NCBI GenBank assembly: GCA_964016885.1 | Contig: OZ024741.1 | Span: forward strand, 94,488,001-94,552,000 | Source: Eledone cirrhosa | Taxonomy: Eukaryota | DNA: 64,000 nt | Direction of reading: 5' to 3' | In this document: positions 24,626 to 38,640 of the stretch, in pieces | Layout: each line of letters begins with the position of its first letter | Position numbering within the stretch: the stretch's first letter is position 1 | Position numbers and translations under genes: made by a program | The notes under the pieces: generated by a model | Database searches by the model: none | Seen by the model: only the letters and a program-made list of their open reading frames with translations | Told to the model about the DNA's origin: nothing

Positions 24626-24685
24626 CAGATGGACATAGCTAAATTTTTTTTTTTAATCAATTAGATGGAGAAGCCAGTCACATAT

Positions 24686-24965
24686 GAAGACGTGTAGCCT
24701 TGTGGTTTGGGTGTTGGTCTTGTGATCATGATGTTCGATTCCTTGACCATGCTGCGCGTTGTGTTCTTGGACAAAACACTTCGTTTCCCGTTGTTCCAGT
24801 AAACTTAGCTGAAAATAAATACCAGCAGTTGTTGGGAAATAGCCCTCCGATGGACTGGCTTGCTGCCTATGGGAGAGTCTTGTACTCTTTGTCGCTTAAC
24901 GGCAATGAAGATAGAGATAACACCGGCCTGGTGAGCCTCCATGATGAGGACAGACTTTGACTTTG
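24686..24965 (+). mobile_element. tRNA-derived SINE, second family
   Basis: GTGTAGCCTTGTGGTT (A-box-like), GTTCGATTCC (B-box), TTGTGTTCTTGGACAAAACACTT core. Confidence 0.6.
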
Positions 24966-25427
24966 ACACATATTAAGAGTCACAGACAATGAGAATATAT
25001 TTTGAAAATATTTCAAGAATGGTTTTCGTTATAAATGCGAAGTATTTATTCCTATAATTACTATAACAGCTCATTATGTGTAAGATGAATTTTTATTCCA
25101 TTTGTAAGGTTGATTTCTATGATTCGAACATTCTTGTAAACTCTTTTACATAGCAAATGGAATATGTCTGTGTCCTTGGCGTTTCCACTGTTTCCGAATA
25201 ATACTGATTTTTTTCACTGTGATGTATATAAGCAGTAAAACTTTTATACAATTATTTTTGCATTTCTGATGATAAAGAAATCACGTATCTATATATTTTT
25301 ATGATCGTCTGACTATTAGAATCACTGTGGTGTCCGGAGAAGTCACTCAATATATTATGTATTTATCACAATATATCCTTATGTTAAATTTTCAAATGAC
25401 TCTTCGTTTTACTTAAGTATACTTATA

Positions 25428-25685
25428 TATTGATCACAGGGAATGGGAACACTTGGCAGAGGACAGAGAGAAAAGGAGAGTGACCATCAAAACAGCTGCA
25501 GCCAACTTTGAAGAGGGCAGGAAGCGGCAGTTGAAAACAAACATCGAAGAAGAAAGCTGTCCGCCAGCCAACCACCAACTGACAAAGTATGGCCTCTACA
25601 GCCACCTCGGGGTGTACCACTGCACGGAACAGGACAACAATTCTTCCCATTGATCTTCGCAAGCAAAGAATTCGCCATTATAATA
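25428..25685 (+). mobile_element. RTE-clade LINE 3' fragment
   Basis: DHREWEHLAEDREKRR...FEEGRKRQL...GLYSHL, followed by a 3' stem-loop. Confidence 0.65.
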
Positions 25686-27125
25686 TCATTATAATGTTGC
25701 TCTAAATATGGTTCCTTTCCACATTTAGTGAACCTTCTGCTAATTGCTTTGCACAGAAGAAATGTTTTCATTAGAATTGCGTAGTATTTATTCCTATAAT
25801 TATTATTAACAACTCGTTTGATCCACCTCATTTCATATTCCATTTTTAATATGAATTTCAGTGATTTGAGCACTCTTATAAAGTCCTTTGCAAAGCAAAT
25901 CAAGCGTTTTTTTGTTTTTGATGTTTCCACTGTTTTTCTATATTAATGATTTCTACAGAACAATGCATATAAACAGTAAAATCCTCATACAACTCTCTTT
26001 TCAGTTTTACTGATGAAGGTGTTACATGTCCATATACATCTATGGGCGTGTGGTGCTAGAAACACGATCAAGTAATCGGTGAACCAGTGAATATATATAT
26101 AAAAATTCTAAAATGATTTAATCAAAATTCACTGGAAGGCTACATGTATATCTGTTATATGCATGAAAACATGAAAATGTCTACAGAAAATGTACATTTA
26201 CAAATACAATATAGTTAACAATGTGGCATTGTTTTCTGTAGATTGAAAAAAACATATGTTTATATATTTGCACATTTATGCAAAAATACGTGCCTATACT
26301 ATAATTATGTATTTCAATCAGATATTTCAAGTTTTACTCAGAAGTTAAATATAAATATGTCTACAAACATAGTGTGCATAGCAGCTTTATTTGAAATATA
26401 TATCTTAATATATATCTTAAATATATATTCAAAGTTAAATTGACAAAAAAGTCCTTATACAAAGTTTAAATATATCCGTTATCATTATCAAAGGTGTTTG
26501 TGTAAACCCCTTCTACAGTAATAATCCTAATTTAATAAAATTCGAAATATCTTTAAATATACCATTAGATCTAATGAACGAGAATCATTGCGATTGTTGT
26601 CTACCAGAGTAATGGTTGCTACAGCTACTCTTCTAACTATGGGGCAGCCATGAGTGGTGACGTAAGCTTTGTTAGATAAAGGAAAACAATTTCATCGTCC
26701 AATTGCCTGAAAGGAAGGAACCGGAAGTTCGAGTAACGATTAGTGTGTCAGGTTTAGTGATAACTTTCACACAGTTACAACATATTATGGCGTGCCTAAT
26801 ACTGCAATTACATGCATTTAGGCTGCAACTTTGACGGTGTTGTTCGGCTGTCTGAACCAGAGAACCAGTTTGGATTGCAATGATCATCTCCCTGACTTGA
26901 AGGAAATTTTGACAGATTTGCTACTCTGTATTAATAACTTAAATGCTACTGTTGGAACGATGCACAGTTTGTTAAGAGTTAAAATGTTACAGTTACAATT
27001 TACTCTGTGTCTGAGCACGCGCGTGATTCTTGGCAGCCATGATTCCCTGGCAGTTACCGGCCAAACAATCGGGCAGCCATGAGTAGTGATGTAAACTCTA
27101 TTAAAGGAAAGCAATTTCATTGTTG

Positions 27126-27194
<69 letters not shown>

Positions 27195-27344
27195 ATACTT
27201 TGGGAGGGTCATGTTGCCAATAAGAAACACATGCACCAGTTGCTTTCACTTCAATTTATTATATATTTATAAATTTACAAATTTATAAATTTATAAATTT
27301 CTGGTTGGTTGGTTGGTTCCACAACCAGATAGTTGTTTATATAT

Positions 27345-27389
27345 AGTCATAGTCCTTTCGTCACACACTCTGTGACCTCTTCAGTGACT
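27345..27389 (-). ncRNA. Minimal type I hammerhead in PLE pseudo-LTR
   Basis: AGTCA-CTGAAGA-G-GTCACagagtgtGTGAC-GAAA-G-GA-C-TA-TGACT. Confidence 0.75.
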
Positions 27390-27600
27390 GGGGATTCCTT
27401 TCTTTGTTTCTGTGCCTCTCCTTTCTTCTGTCCTACGCCATTTTGTTTCTGTGTGTGTGTTGTGTGCTCAGTCTGCGCATGCGCCACATCCGGGTGTCTG
27501 TGTGTGTTTATGTTCATTTATCTATTTGTTTATTTATTTATTTATTTACATGTTACTGGTTGGTTGTTTGTTCTATGTGTGTGTGTGTTTCATTTTGTCC

Positions 27601-29395
27601 TTAATTGTAAGTTGTGATGTTGCAGTTCCACTCATATTTTCTATTTAATTTTGGTTGTAATTCTTTTATGTTTATTGCCTCTGTAATTTGTCTAAACATT
27701 GCATCTTTTCTGTGTGTAGATTCTATTTTTATTTCTATGTTCTCTAATTTACCCTTGTGTTCTATCTTAGCATGTTGGTAGAATACAGATGATTCTTTAT
27801 TATCTTGAAGGTCTCGCCAGTGTTCATTTATCCGTTCCCCTATACTACGAGCTGTCTCACCTATGTACACTATATTTTTGTCTCTACATTGTCCTTCAGT
27901 ACATCTTATGCTATACACTACATTTCTAGTTTTACAGTTAATATGGGGGCTTATTTTACAGGTTATACATTTCTTATCTATACATGAGGGTCTTTGAAAA
28001 GGGTATGTCTTGCTAATAAGTGTTTTTGCGGAGGTACCTGATCTTTCTACTATGTTAATATTGAGTTTATGTTTATTTAGGGCCCTTCTAAATTTGTAGG
28101 CTAGTTCGCCTCTAGGGGTTGTATCGATGAACATTACACTCTGGTATTTATTGCTATCATACTATGAGTTTATTCTATTAGCCTTGTTCCTAGTTCTTTC
28201 TATTCTATTCCAAAATTTGCTCCTATACAAGTGGCAGGTCCCATTCATGTCATTATTTACCATTTTTTCCCATTTGGTTCTGGCTCCTCTATACACTCTG
28301 ATTCTATCTCTCTGATTGTAGCCAGAGAACTGCATACGGTGGATGAAGTGTTGTATGTGTCTCTCTAGTTCTTCGGGGTTGCACATGCGGGACACATTTC
28401 TCATCACCCGTACCAAATCCGCAATCAGTATGTTGATTTGGGTATGGTCCGAAATGGCCGAGTTTCGGTGGATCAGATGTTTGGAAGTCATGGGTTTGGC
28501 ATAATGGGAATGGAGGATTTGTTTTTTGTTGTTAATGGTATCTAACCAGAGCTCTGTGTCTAGTACAGGTAATCGATGGTTGGGGTGTCTACTTGGGTAG
28601 TCTATAGTAACTCTAATGCTCTGGTGGATGGAGTTTGCTATTTGCTGGATGCTTTCCATTGTGTTTTTCTCTAGTTCCTGACTGTTCTCTAGTGGGGGTG
28701 TCTTAACTACGATGTTTATATCATCTACGTAGCGGGAGTACATTATCAGGGTTAAGGGGTCTTCTAATTGTTCTTTAAGTTTAAGTTTAAGTCTACTGTC
28801 CCACCATACCATAAATAAGTTAGCTATGTCGCCTGCAATGCTAACACCAATGGCTGCTCCTTCCTCTTGGGCATATGTTTTTCCATTAAATTTGAACATA
28901 TGTTCCTTAAGGGTTAGTTTTATTCTGGCCCCTACCGCATGTGCAATCATTTTCTTCAGTTCATCGTGGTTTTCGGGTGTCCGTATGGCTCTGGTCCACC
29001 CGTTCCATCTATCTGTGTGGGTTTTCTTGGCCATTGAGGTAATGGTAGGTGGTCTGCCTCTTGCTGGTCTTGTAGGGCACAGGTTGCTAAGGTCATATGT
29101 GTCTAGGTAACTATTACTATAGGTAAGCTTAAGTAGAAGTCCCAGCTCACTGGTATCAATCCCACGGAACTCAACCTTGCTCTCACTGATCATTTCTACG
29201 CATTTCTCCACAGCAAAATCCACGTCAATAGATGGATACAGGGACACAACATCCATACTGCCTATTATGCAGTTTGTTAGGTCCCCAGATCGGTTACCCA
29301 CGCCGATTCTGCTGAGGAGGTCCTCCGTGCTGTCACATACATCTGGGGACATTTCAATGATGGGGCGTATGATCAGGGAGAGGAAGTAGGACATT
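27601..29395 (-). pseudogene. PLE reverse transcriptase-GIY-YIG ORF with one in-frame stop
   Basis: SMDVVSLYPSI, QEEGAAIG, YSRYVDD, VLDTELW, HYAKP, then NVVYSIRC..YIGETARSIGERINEH. ORFs 28162-29439 and 27601-28134 are in the same frame, separated by one TAG at 28162-28164. Confidence 0.9.
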
Positions 29396-29483
29396 GGCAA
29401 CATGACCCTCCCAAAGTATAACAATATCGGTTTCAACACACGATTTCAGATAAAGAATCTTGCCAAACAAATTCAGAAACGAA

Positions 29484-29586
<103 letters not shown>

Positions 29587-29620
29587 ACAATGAAATTGTT
29601 TATATATATATAGTCTTCAC

Positions 29621-29683
<63 letters not shown>

Positions 29684-29888
29684 CTGTGTATGTGTATGTG
29701 TATGTGTATGTGTTTGTGTGCATGTGTAAATTTGTGTACGTATGTCTGGGTGCATTAGCGCGACATTTTTTGGTTAACTAATGAGATAAATATGGCTGAT
29801 GTGTCTACGTCATAAATATGAACAGTAAATTCTTGGTAAATTAGCATCACCAATTAATATTGGTCGAGAGAAAGAAAAGTTTGATATG

Positions 29889-29971
<83 letters not shown>

Positions 29972-30768
29972 ATACGTACATAGTTGATTACAGTTGCTAT
30001 AAATGGTGAACTTGATATAGCGTAAAGTAATATAAACTGGAATTGTACTAAATGCTACGAAGAAGTGTAACTTTGACAAATTTGTTTAAGGGTAGTAGTT
30101 TAATTGAATTATAAGTATATATAAATCAGATATCCGTATAAATGTCTTCTATATGTATATGTTTATACTGAAATCTTCTAGATTAATCCTCAAATAGACA
30201 AATGTAGATGGTGTTGATATCTGACATGATAGAATATCAGGCCTTTAATTAAAAGGTCAACGATTTGTGTCTTCTCAGCGGGGGTGGGGGATGAATTTTA
30301 TTAATTACCAAGATATTAGACTCCCAATGACCCAGTTTGTCTAGCTACTGGCGGGAAAATCAATAAAATTGACGAATGATATATAAATATGCAATACTGA
30401 ATTCAAAAACGTTATCTATGATAAATAAACTTGTATGGTGGCATATGTATGCTTAAGAGTCCGGAAACTGAATGAAGATAAGCGCCGGCATAATGAAACA
30501 CGGAGACCCGTGACAAAAAGAAAAATAATAATAAAAAAAGTGTATAACGAATACGTTAACCTAGAAAAGAATATTCACTGTAAAAACCCATGAACATAGT
30601 AAATGAAACAACAATAACAACAACAATGGAAAAAGAAAATTGAATTTAAAGGTTATAACAACTTGTATCGCTGCTCCTTCGTAACCCTAAACATAACGGT
30701 CTGAACCAACAAAACAACAATAATTTTCTGGGTCATTCAACTCAGTATCTAATTTCTGACTTCATTAA

Positions 30769-30976
30769 CCCTTTTGATACCAACCCGCCCAAAACCGCCT
30801 TCATTTCTATGAAATAAATCCGACCATTTTAAAGGGCTCCTGCTTAAATTAAACAAATCCAACATAATTTTATGAGCATTTTGTTACACTTCAATAATTT
30901 TAATAAATCTTTCGCAAATTCTTAAACTATTAATTAAAATACAAATTATTTCATTAGAAATATAGTAACAAGAGGA
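30769..30976. mobile_element. piggyBac-type MITE, decayed
   Basis: TTAA|CCCTTTTGATAC ... GTAACAAGAGGA|TTAA. TTAA on both sides with imperfect TIRs. Confidence 0.55.
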
Positions 30977-31351
30977 TTAATCCATATGAATTATTTGGAT
31001 CAAAATGAACACAGGTAGCATATTCATCTGATAGCATATCTCAGTAAAACGTAACTGACAATAACAGGAAACTGACGTTCCGATCTTACAAATATATATT
31101 ACACAGGCACAAAACTACAAACCATTTAAAACAAAGTTCTAAAGTCGACACTGAATCACACACCGACACACTAACACAGACACGCACGCACACCTTACTA
31201 CATGAATGAAAGGTACTTGAACTCAGAATGTTGAGGAAAGAGGCTAAGTACTTAACCTAAGATTCAACCGTTAATCTCACATCATGACCCTTTTCCTTTC
31301 TCTCTACTATACACTTTCCTCCTCCTTTTTGTCACTTATTCTCTCTCTCTC

Positions 31352-31457
<106 letters not shown>

Positions 31458-31695
31458 CGCGTGTGTGTGTACACATATATGTTTTTGCGCATGTGTGAAT
31501 ATATGCGTGCGTGATATTTATATATATATATATTGTTATACTTTGGGAGGGTCATGTTGCCAATAAGAAACACACGCACCAGTTGCTTTCACTTCAATTT
31601 ATTATATATTTATAAATATATAAATTTACAAATCTACAAACTTATAAATTTCTGGTTGGTTGGTTGGTTCCACAACCAGATAGTTGTTTATATAT

Positions 31696-31740
31696 AGTCA
31701 TAGTCCTTTCGTCACACACTCTGTGACCTCTTCAGTGACT
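31696..31740 (-). ncRNA. Hammerhead motif in inverted pseudo-LTR
   Basis: Same sequence as 27345-27389. Confidence 0.72.
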
Positions 31741-32467
31741 GGGGATTCCTTTCTTTGTTTCTGTGCCTTTCCTTTCTTCTGTCCTACGCCATTTTGTTTC
31801 TGTGTGTGTGTTGTGTGCTCAGGTACCTCCGTAAAAACACTTATTAGCAAGACATACCCGTTCCAAAGACCCTCATGTATAGATAAGAAATGTATAACCT
31901 GTAAAATAAGCCCCCATATTAACTGTAAAACTAGAAATGTAGTGTATAGCATAAGATGTACTGAAGGACAATGTAGAAACAAAAATATAGTGTACATAGG
32001 TGAGACAGCTCGTAGTATAGGGGAACGAATAAATGAACACTGGCGAGACCTTCAAGATAATAAAGAATCATCTGTGCTCTACCAACATGCTAAGATAGAG
32101 CACAAGGGTAAATTAGAGAACATAGAAATAAAAATAGAATCCACACACAGAAAAGATGCAATGTTTAGGCAAATTACAGAGGCACTAAGCATAAAAGAAT
32201 TACAACCAAAATTAAATAGAAAATATGAGTGGAACAGCAACATCACAACTTACAATTAAGGACAAAATGAAAACACACACATAGAACAAACAACCAACCA
32301 ACAACATGTAAATAAATAAATAAATAAACAAATAGATAAATGAACACAAACACACACAGACACCCGGATGTGGCGCATGCGCAAACTGAGCACACAACAC
32401 ACACACAGAAACAAAATGGCGTAGGACAGAAGAAAGGAAAGGCACAGAAACAAAGAAAGGAATCCCC

Positions 32468-32512
32468 AGTCACTGAAGAGGTCACAGAGTGTGTGACGAA
32501 AGAACTATGACT
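32468..32512 (+). ncRNA. Hammerhead motif in PLE pseudo-LTR
   Basis: AGTCA-CTGAAGA-G-GTCACagagtgtGTGAC-GAAA-G-AA-C-TA-TGACT. Confidence 0.72.
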
Positions 32513-32732
32513 ATATATAAACAACTATCTGGTTGTGGAACCAACCAACCAACCAGAAATTTATAAGTTTGTAGATTTGTAAATTTATAAATTTATAAAT
32601 ATATAATAAATTGAAGTGAAAGCAACTGGTGCGGGTGTTTCTTATTGGCAACATGACCCTCCCAAAGTATAACAATATCGGTTTCAACACACGATTTCAG
32701 ATAAAGAATCTTGCTAAACAAATTCAGAAACG

Positions 32733-32769
<37 letters not shown>

Positions 32770-32772
<3 letters not shown>

Positions 32773-32847
32773 GATGTCCCCCATAAATGTAGGCATATAT
32801 TTATTAGAATGCTGTTGAAGTGTGTATACATTTTTTGAGACACCCTG
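32770..32847. mobile_element. Tiny Tc1/mariner-type MITE
   Basis: TA|CAGGATGTCCCCCATAAATGTA ... TACATTTTTTGAGACACCCTG|TA. Imperfect TIRs with TA flanks. Confidence 0.6.
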
Positions 32848-32859
32848 TATATATATATA

Positions 32860-32932
<73 letters not shown>

Positions 32933-33006
32933 GTATGTATGTATATGTATGTGTGTGTATCATATATATATACATATACATATATATATATATGTATGTG
33001 TGTATA

Positions 33007-33067
<61 letters not shown>

Positions 33068-33383
33068 ATTGATTGGTTGAAGAAAATTACTTCACGACCC
33101 GCCCTGTCTCCATTCATTGTCAGTCGGTCTGTTTACCGTTCAAGAAAGTTTATTTACTCAATATATTTACTGAGATCACTAAATAGGATTTACATTCTCT
33201 GCCCGACCCCACCCATCCTTCATCTTATCACATACTCCCCACAGATGTCTACGTCACTCTCCATTGGGGGACGGAGGCTGTGATATTTGGAAAGCCTCGT
33301 CCTACTTATACTTCTACCCCCCCCCCACCTTCATCATTTCTTTTTGGTCTTCTCTTTGCTGCTGTTGTTGTTATTATTATTGT

Positions 33384-33570
33384 GAATTGGCAGTATCGGT
33401 AGAGGGTCGGACGCCATACTTTGACGCATAGAGTTACGGCCCTTGCCATTCTGAGTTCAAATCCCGCCGGGGTTAACTTTGCCTTTCATCCTTACGGGGT
33501 CGATAAAATAAGTACCAGTAATGCACTGGGTAATAGCTGGCCTTGTGCCTAAAGTAGAAACAATTATTAT
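33384..33570 (+). mobile_element. tRNA-derived SINE, main family
   Basis: TTGGCAGTATCGGTAGAG (A box), GAGTTCAAATCCCG (B box), GCCTTTCATCCTTACGGGGTCGATAAAATAAGTACCAG core, (TTA)n tail. Confidence 0.85.
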
Positions 33571-33756
33571 TATTATTATTCGGTCACTACTAACACCACT
33601 ACCACTACTGCTGTTGCTGCTGCTACTACTACTACTACTACTACTACAGCTGCTGCTGCTGCTGCTGCTGCTTCTACTACTGCAGCTGCGCGCTACTGCT
33701 GCTGTTGCTACTTACTCGTACATCTGCTCTCTCTCTCTCTCTTCCTCTCCTCCTCT

Positions 33757-33790
<34 letters not shown>

Positions 33791-34113
33791 CGTCTCCTGT
33801 TTTTATTTTTATACTTATTTCAATTATCATTAAAAGAACTAGGCACAAGGCCAGCAATTCTGAGGGAGGGGGAAAGTCGGATAAATGGACCCAGTACTTG
33901 ACTGGTAAATTATTTTATCGACTGCGAAAAAATGGAAACCAACGTTCAAATGATAACAAGAGGAAATCGTAGGGACACCGTCCTGACACACGGCATTTTA
34001 CACCTGACGGAACCCAACCCTATTAAGACGGAACACAGCTGATTTCTTCTAGAGAAATAGAAAAACAGAGAGTTCCTCATAGACACTCTATGGTTGTCAT
34101 GCGAGAGAGAGAC

Positions 34114-34168
<55 letters not shown>

Positions 34169-34334
34169 GGCAGACAACAGACAGGGAGGAGTGGGGAGAA
34201 TCAATTCCAGCTACTTGACTGGCACTTTATTTATCGACCCTCGACGGCAATTAAACATAGAATGTATAGAACTGGAAGAACTGGAAGAACTGCTAACAAT
34301 TCTGCCATTCCACTGACTTTACATTATAGACAAT

Positions 34335-34600
34335 AATAATTGTTTCTAATTTAAACACAAGGCCAGCAATTTTTTAGGTGGACTAGAGTCGATTACATCG
34401 ACCCCTGTACTTTACTGGTACTTTATTTTATCGATTTCAGAAAGATAACTGGCAAAGTTGACCTCAATTGTGAGGAAATAGCAGAATCGGTAGAGCAGTT
34501 AACAAATTCCACGAGATATTTAATTATGTCTGTTTTACGTTCTACGTTCAAATTGCATTAATGTCAACTTAATAACCAAATGGTGGAGTCGATCAAAACT
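34335..34600. mobile_element. Two SINE fragments, minus then plus
   Basis: Main-family motifs in both orientations; another minus fragment at about 33835-33925. Confidence 0.6.
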
Positions 34601-34622
34601 ATAAATCCTGTCACAAAATTTA

Positions 34623-34797
34623 TATCACCTTGGAGGATGCGGAGGAGCTGGCACGGGACCGCCAGCAATGGAGGGTGCTGGTGGACCTGGACGGCTCTAG
34701 CTCGACGATGCTTCTGGGATCGCCTGCTTAGGATGACCCTGACCTCGTGGAGCAAGAGCAAGAAGAAGAAGAAGAAGAAGAAGAAGAAGAAGAAGAA
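34623..34797 (+). mobile_element. RTE-like LINE extreme 3' end with (AAG)n tail
   Basis: ITLEDAEELARDRQQWRVLV...*, followed by (AAG)n. Confidence 0.6.
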
Positions 34798-35385
34798 TAT
34801 TCTATAGTACATTTGGATCAGGAGTGTATATTCTGGAAGTAACACACATTGATCAAAGATGGTAAATTTTCTTAATAACAAGAGGGTCCACGTCGTCAGA
34901 ATGACGGTGAATTACAAATATGTTAAACGTTAGTCTTATACATGAATTATGCGAAGGAATAAGAGAAAATTCTAGAGATTAAAGCCCTGGTAATTGATGA
35001 ATTGAAATGGAAGAGTTAACTAGATAACTGACCATTGGAATCCTTCTAAATATACGTCGTTAGGAAAGTAACGTGTGTCGTTTTATTACCTAAATTTGTT
35101 GTAAATATATAATATCTAATACAAAAGAAATGACCGTTGTCTAAACAACATATTTAGTTAAATAAACTGCATTCTCTCTCTCTCTCTCACACACACACAC
35201 ACTCTTTCTCTCTCTCTCTCTCACACACACTCTCTCTCCCTCTCCCTCCCCCCTCTCCCCTTCTCGTATGACAACCGTAGAGTGTCTATGAGGAACTGGA
35301 AGAAAGGATTTGTTAATAAAGCCGTAAGAGTGAGATGGAGGAGAACATAAGTTACAGACAGACAATAAATATTGAGAGAAAAAGA

Positions 35386-35569
35386 TAATTGTTTCTACTT
35401 TAGGCACAAGGCCAGCAATTACCCAGTGCATTACTGGTACTTTATTTTATCGACCCCGTAAGGATGAAAGGCAAAGTCAACCTCGGCGAGATTTGAACTC
35501 GGATCGTAAAGGGACGTAACTATGCTGGAAAGCATGGCGTCCGACCCTCTACCGATACTGCCAATTCAA
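35386..35569 (-). mobile_element. tRNA-derived SINE, main family, young copy
   Basis: Close reverse complement of 33384-33570 and 59578-59772. Confidence 0.85.
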
Positions 35570-35654
35570 CAGAAAAAGATAATGATGTATATTACTGTAT
35601 TGGATAATTTTGATTTTGTAGTATCATGATAAACTGATATGTTTCTTTAAAGTT

Positions 35655-36750
35655 GCTAGAGTCGTTAGAGCGTCGAACAAGAAGCTTTTCGGTTATTTGT
35701 TACATCTCATGCTCTCCAAGTTCAAATTCCACCCAAGTCAACTTTCCCTTTCATTCTTTTGGGATCAACAATAATAAAGTACCTGCCAGTCCTGAGCGGT
35801 AAATTAGCGGAATTATTAGAACGTCTTAGTTCTTATGTGGCAGACATAATCTGTCGCCCGGTTTAACTTAGGTTCACTCTGTTGCTGGCTTAAGGATAAC
35901 TTCCACTTTTCCTCTCGCTCTTCTCAGGGGACCTGAAAAAACAAAAGGCCTTGGGCACTGCTCGTCACTCCTTGGCTAAAAAACGCTGGTCGTAATTTGT
36001 TTCCAAATCTAGTAAAGTAAATTCAAAAACAAATATCAAGTCAGTTTGATGTGGTATTGTATTATGTGTAGAAATAGCCTAACGTTTGTATGTTTCTACT
36101 AATGCCAAAGTTGTCACCCTTGTGACAACGACTAACACACGCCACTGATGTTAATATTATTAAAACAATGGGTGGATAGGCAGTATTGCTTGAGGGTCGG
36201 ATTCCATGTTTTGTAGCATAGAGTTACGGCCCTTTATGATCTAAGTTCAATCCCGCCGAGATTAACTTTGCCTTTCATCTTTACGGGGTTGATAACACAA
36301 AGTACCAGTAGCACACTGGGGTCGATTTAATCGACTTTCCTCTCTCACAAAATTGTTGGCCTCGTGCCTAAATCAGAAACCATTACTAAAACGGTGAGTG
36401 AGGGCGGTGGATTGGCAATATCGGTAGAGCATCGGACAACCTGCTTTGTGACATATAGTTACGCCCCTTTACGTTTTGAGTTCAAATCCCGTCGTTGTGA
36501 GCTTTTCCTTTCACCTTTAGGGGGTCGATAAAATAAAAAGTACCAGAAACCATTGTGCGGCATATAGTTACGTCCCTTTACGTTCTAAGTTCAAATCCTG
36601 CCGAGGTTAGCTTTGCCTTTCAACCTTACGGAGTCAATAAAATGTTTGGCCTTGTGGAATCGATAGAAGGCTGAAAAATGGCTTGCGTGATTTAATGTCA
36701 TCATTTCACGTTTAGCGTTCAAATCATGTTGTGATTAACTGGACTTTTCG
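35655..36750 (+). mobile_element. Cluster of about five head-to-tail SINE copies and fragments
   Basis: Repeated GTTCAAATCC...TTTCA.C.TT..GGG motifs at about 35720, 36245, 36480, 36590 and 36718. Confidence 0.7.
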
Positions 36751-36984
36751 TCTTCCTCTACTTTTTCGTTGTCGTCGTCCTCAACTGCTTTCTTCGTCGT
36801 CGTCGCATTCATCGTCATTGTCGCATTGGACGTCGACATCGTTGCTATAGCTACCGCTGCCGCCGTTGACGTCGTTGTCGCTGTCATAGCCGTTGTCAGC
36901 GTCATCGTACTAATCTTCCACGTTCTGAATCAATCCTAGAAATGATTATTTTTGCTTTGCACATATGTACGTTTACGTCAGTGG

Positions 36985-37612
36985 GTGTATGTGGGCGTAA
37001 GGATGGGTGTGTGTTTGTGGAGTGTGTTTGTATATGCGCATGTGTTCATGTGTGTGTGTGCGAGCGCGCATGTGTATGTGTGCGCGCGCGCATGTGTATG
37101 TGTGCGCGCGCGCATGTGTGCGTGTGAGTTTATGTGAGTGTGGGGGAGCAAGTGCTTATGTGTGCGGGCGTAGGTATGCCTGTTTGTTTTTGTGTTTGTG
37201 TGCATGCATGCGTGCGTGCGTGTGTGTGTATGTGTGCATACGTGTGTGCGTGCGTACCTGTGTACGTGCGTACCTGTGAGCGTATATACGTGTGTGCGTG
37301 CGTACGTGTGTACCTGTGTGCGTGCGTGCGTGTGCATATGCGTACGTGTATATGTGCGCACCTGTGAGCGTGCGTACCTGTGTGCGTGCGTATCTGTGTG
37401 CGTGCGTGTGTACATGTGTACATGTGTACGTGCGTACGTGCATACATGTGTACGTGTGTACGTGCGTGCGTGCGTATGTGTGTACGTGCGTGCGTGTGTG
37501 AGTGCGTACGTGTGTACGTGCGTACGTGTGTACGTGTGTACGTGTGTACGTGCGTCAGTGTGTACGTGTGTACGTGTGTGCGTGTGAGTGCTTGTGTGCG
37601 CGTATTTGTGTC
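36985..37612. repeat. Compound alternating purine-pyrimidine repeat (TG/CG/TA)
   Basis: Seen directly. Confidence 0.9.
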
Positions 37613-37807
37613 CGTAATGACAACTGTAACGTTTTCATTGTGAAGTAGGTAACAGCAAATATTGGTTATGTGAAGTAAAGTCAATGATGAGATAGGTGGC
37701 GCTGAAATAACATCAACAACAAACAGAAGGTTAGTTGAATGGAGGTGAATAGAAGAGATAAGTCAGGCGTTGGTCGGGAGAAAATACCTGCTTAGTTTTG
37801 TTGTTTG

Positions 37808-37894
<87 letters not shown>

Positions 37895-37955
37895 ATGTAT
37901 ATATATGTGTATGTATATATATATATGTATGTATATATATGTGTGTATGTATATA

Positions 37956-38040
<85 letters not shown>

Positions 38041-38155
38041 GTATATATATATATATATATATATACACTTATATATATATATATATATATATATACACTT
38101 ATATACATGCATTTAGACACAAACATACATACATGTATTCATATACATACATGTA

Positions 38156-38242
<87 letters not shown>

Positions 38243-38338
38243 ACATAATCACAGAAATACATGTACATACGTATGTACATCCATAAATACATACATATAT
38301 ATATATTGATACACACCTGCATTCACATTCATCCATCT

Positions 38339-38399
<61 letters not shown>

Positions 38400-38607
38400 A
38401 GTACGTATGTATGTATGCAGTATATTTCTATATATATATATATATATAATGCATACATATATACGTACTTACATATATACGTTCATGCATTCATATACAT
38501 ACATATATTCATACATATATACATACATGCACACATATATACATCCATCCATCCATCGATACATACATCCATCCATCCATCCATACATACATACATACAT
38601 ACATACA

Positions 38608-38638
<31 letters not shown>
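37808..38638. repeat. (TA)n/(TATG)n/(CATC)n compound microsatellite
   Basis: Seen directly. Confidence 0.9.

Positions 38639-38640
<2 letters not shown>

Larger units (their letters stand above)
31531..32735 (+). mobile_element. Penelope-like element, GIY-YIG-only 3' portion with ~290-bp inverted pseudo-LTR, in (TA)n
   Basis: 31531-31821 is the reverse complement of about 32385-32676. 31820-32259 encodes a GIY-YIG almost identical to 27601-28040. Same family as 27189-29484. Confidence 0.92.

Noticed and set aside
29396-29439. N-terminus [15 protein letters not shown] of the 425-aa ORF
   Set aside because: Read-through of the inverted pseudo-LTR, not the true PLE start.
31684-31820. Cys-rich N-terminus of the 191-aa ORF
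   Set aside because: Chance fusion of inverted UTR sequence to the GIY-YIG fragment.
33384-33470. tRNA-like A/B boxes as tRNA genes
   Set aside because: They are SINE heads; no complete cloverleaf, and always followed by the SINE core.
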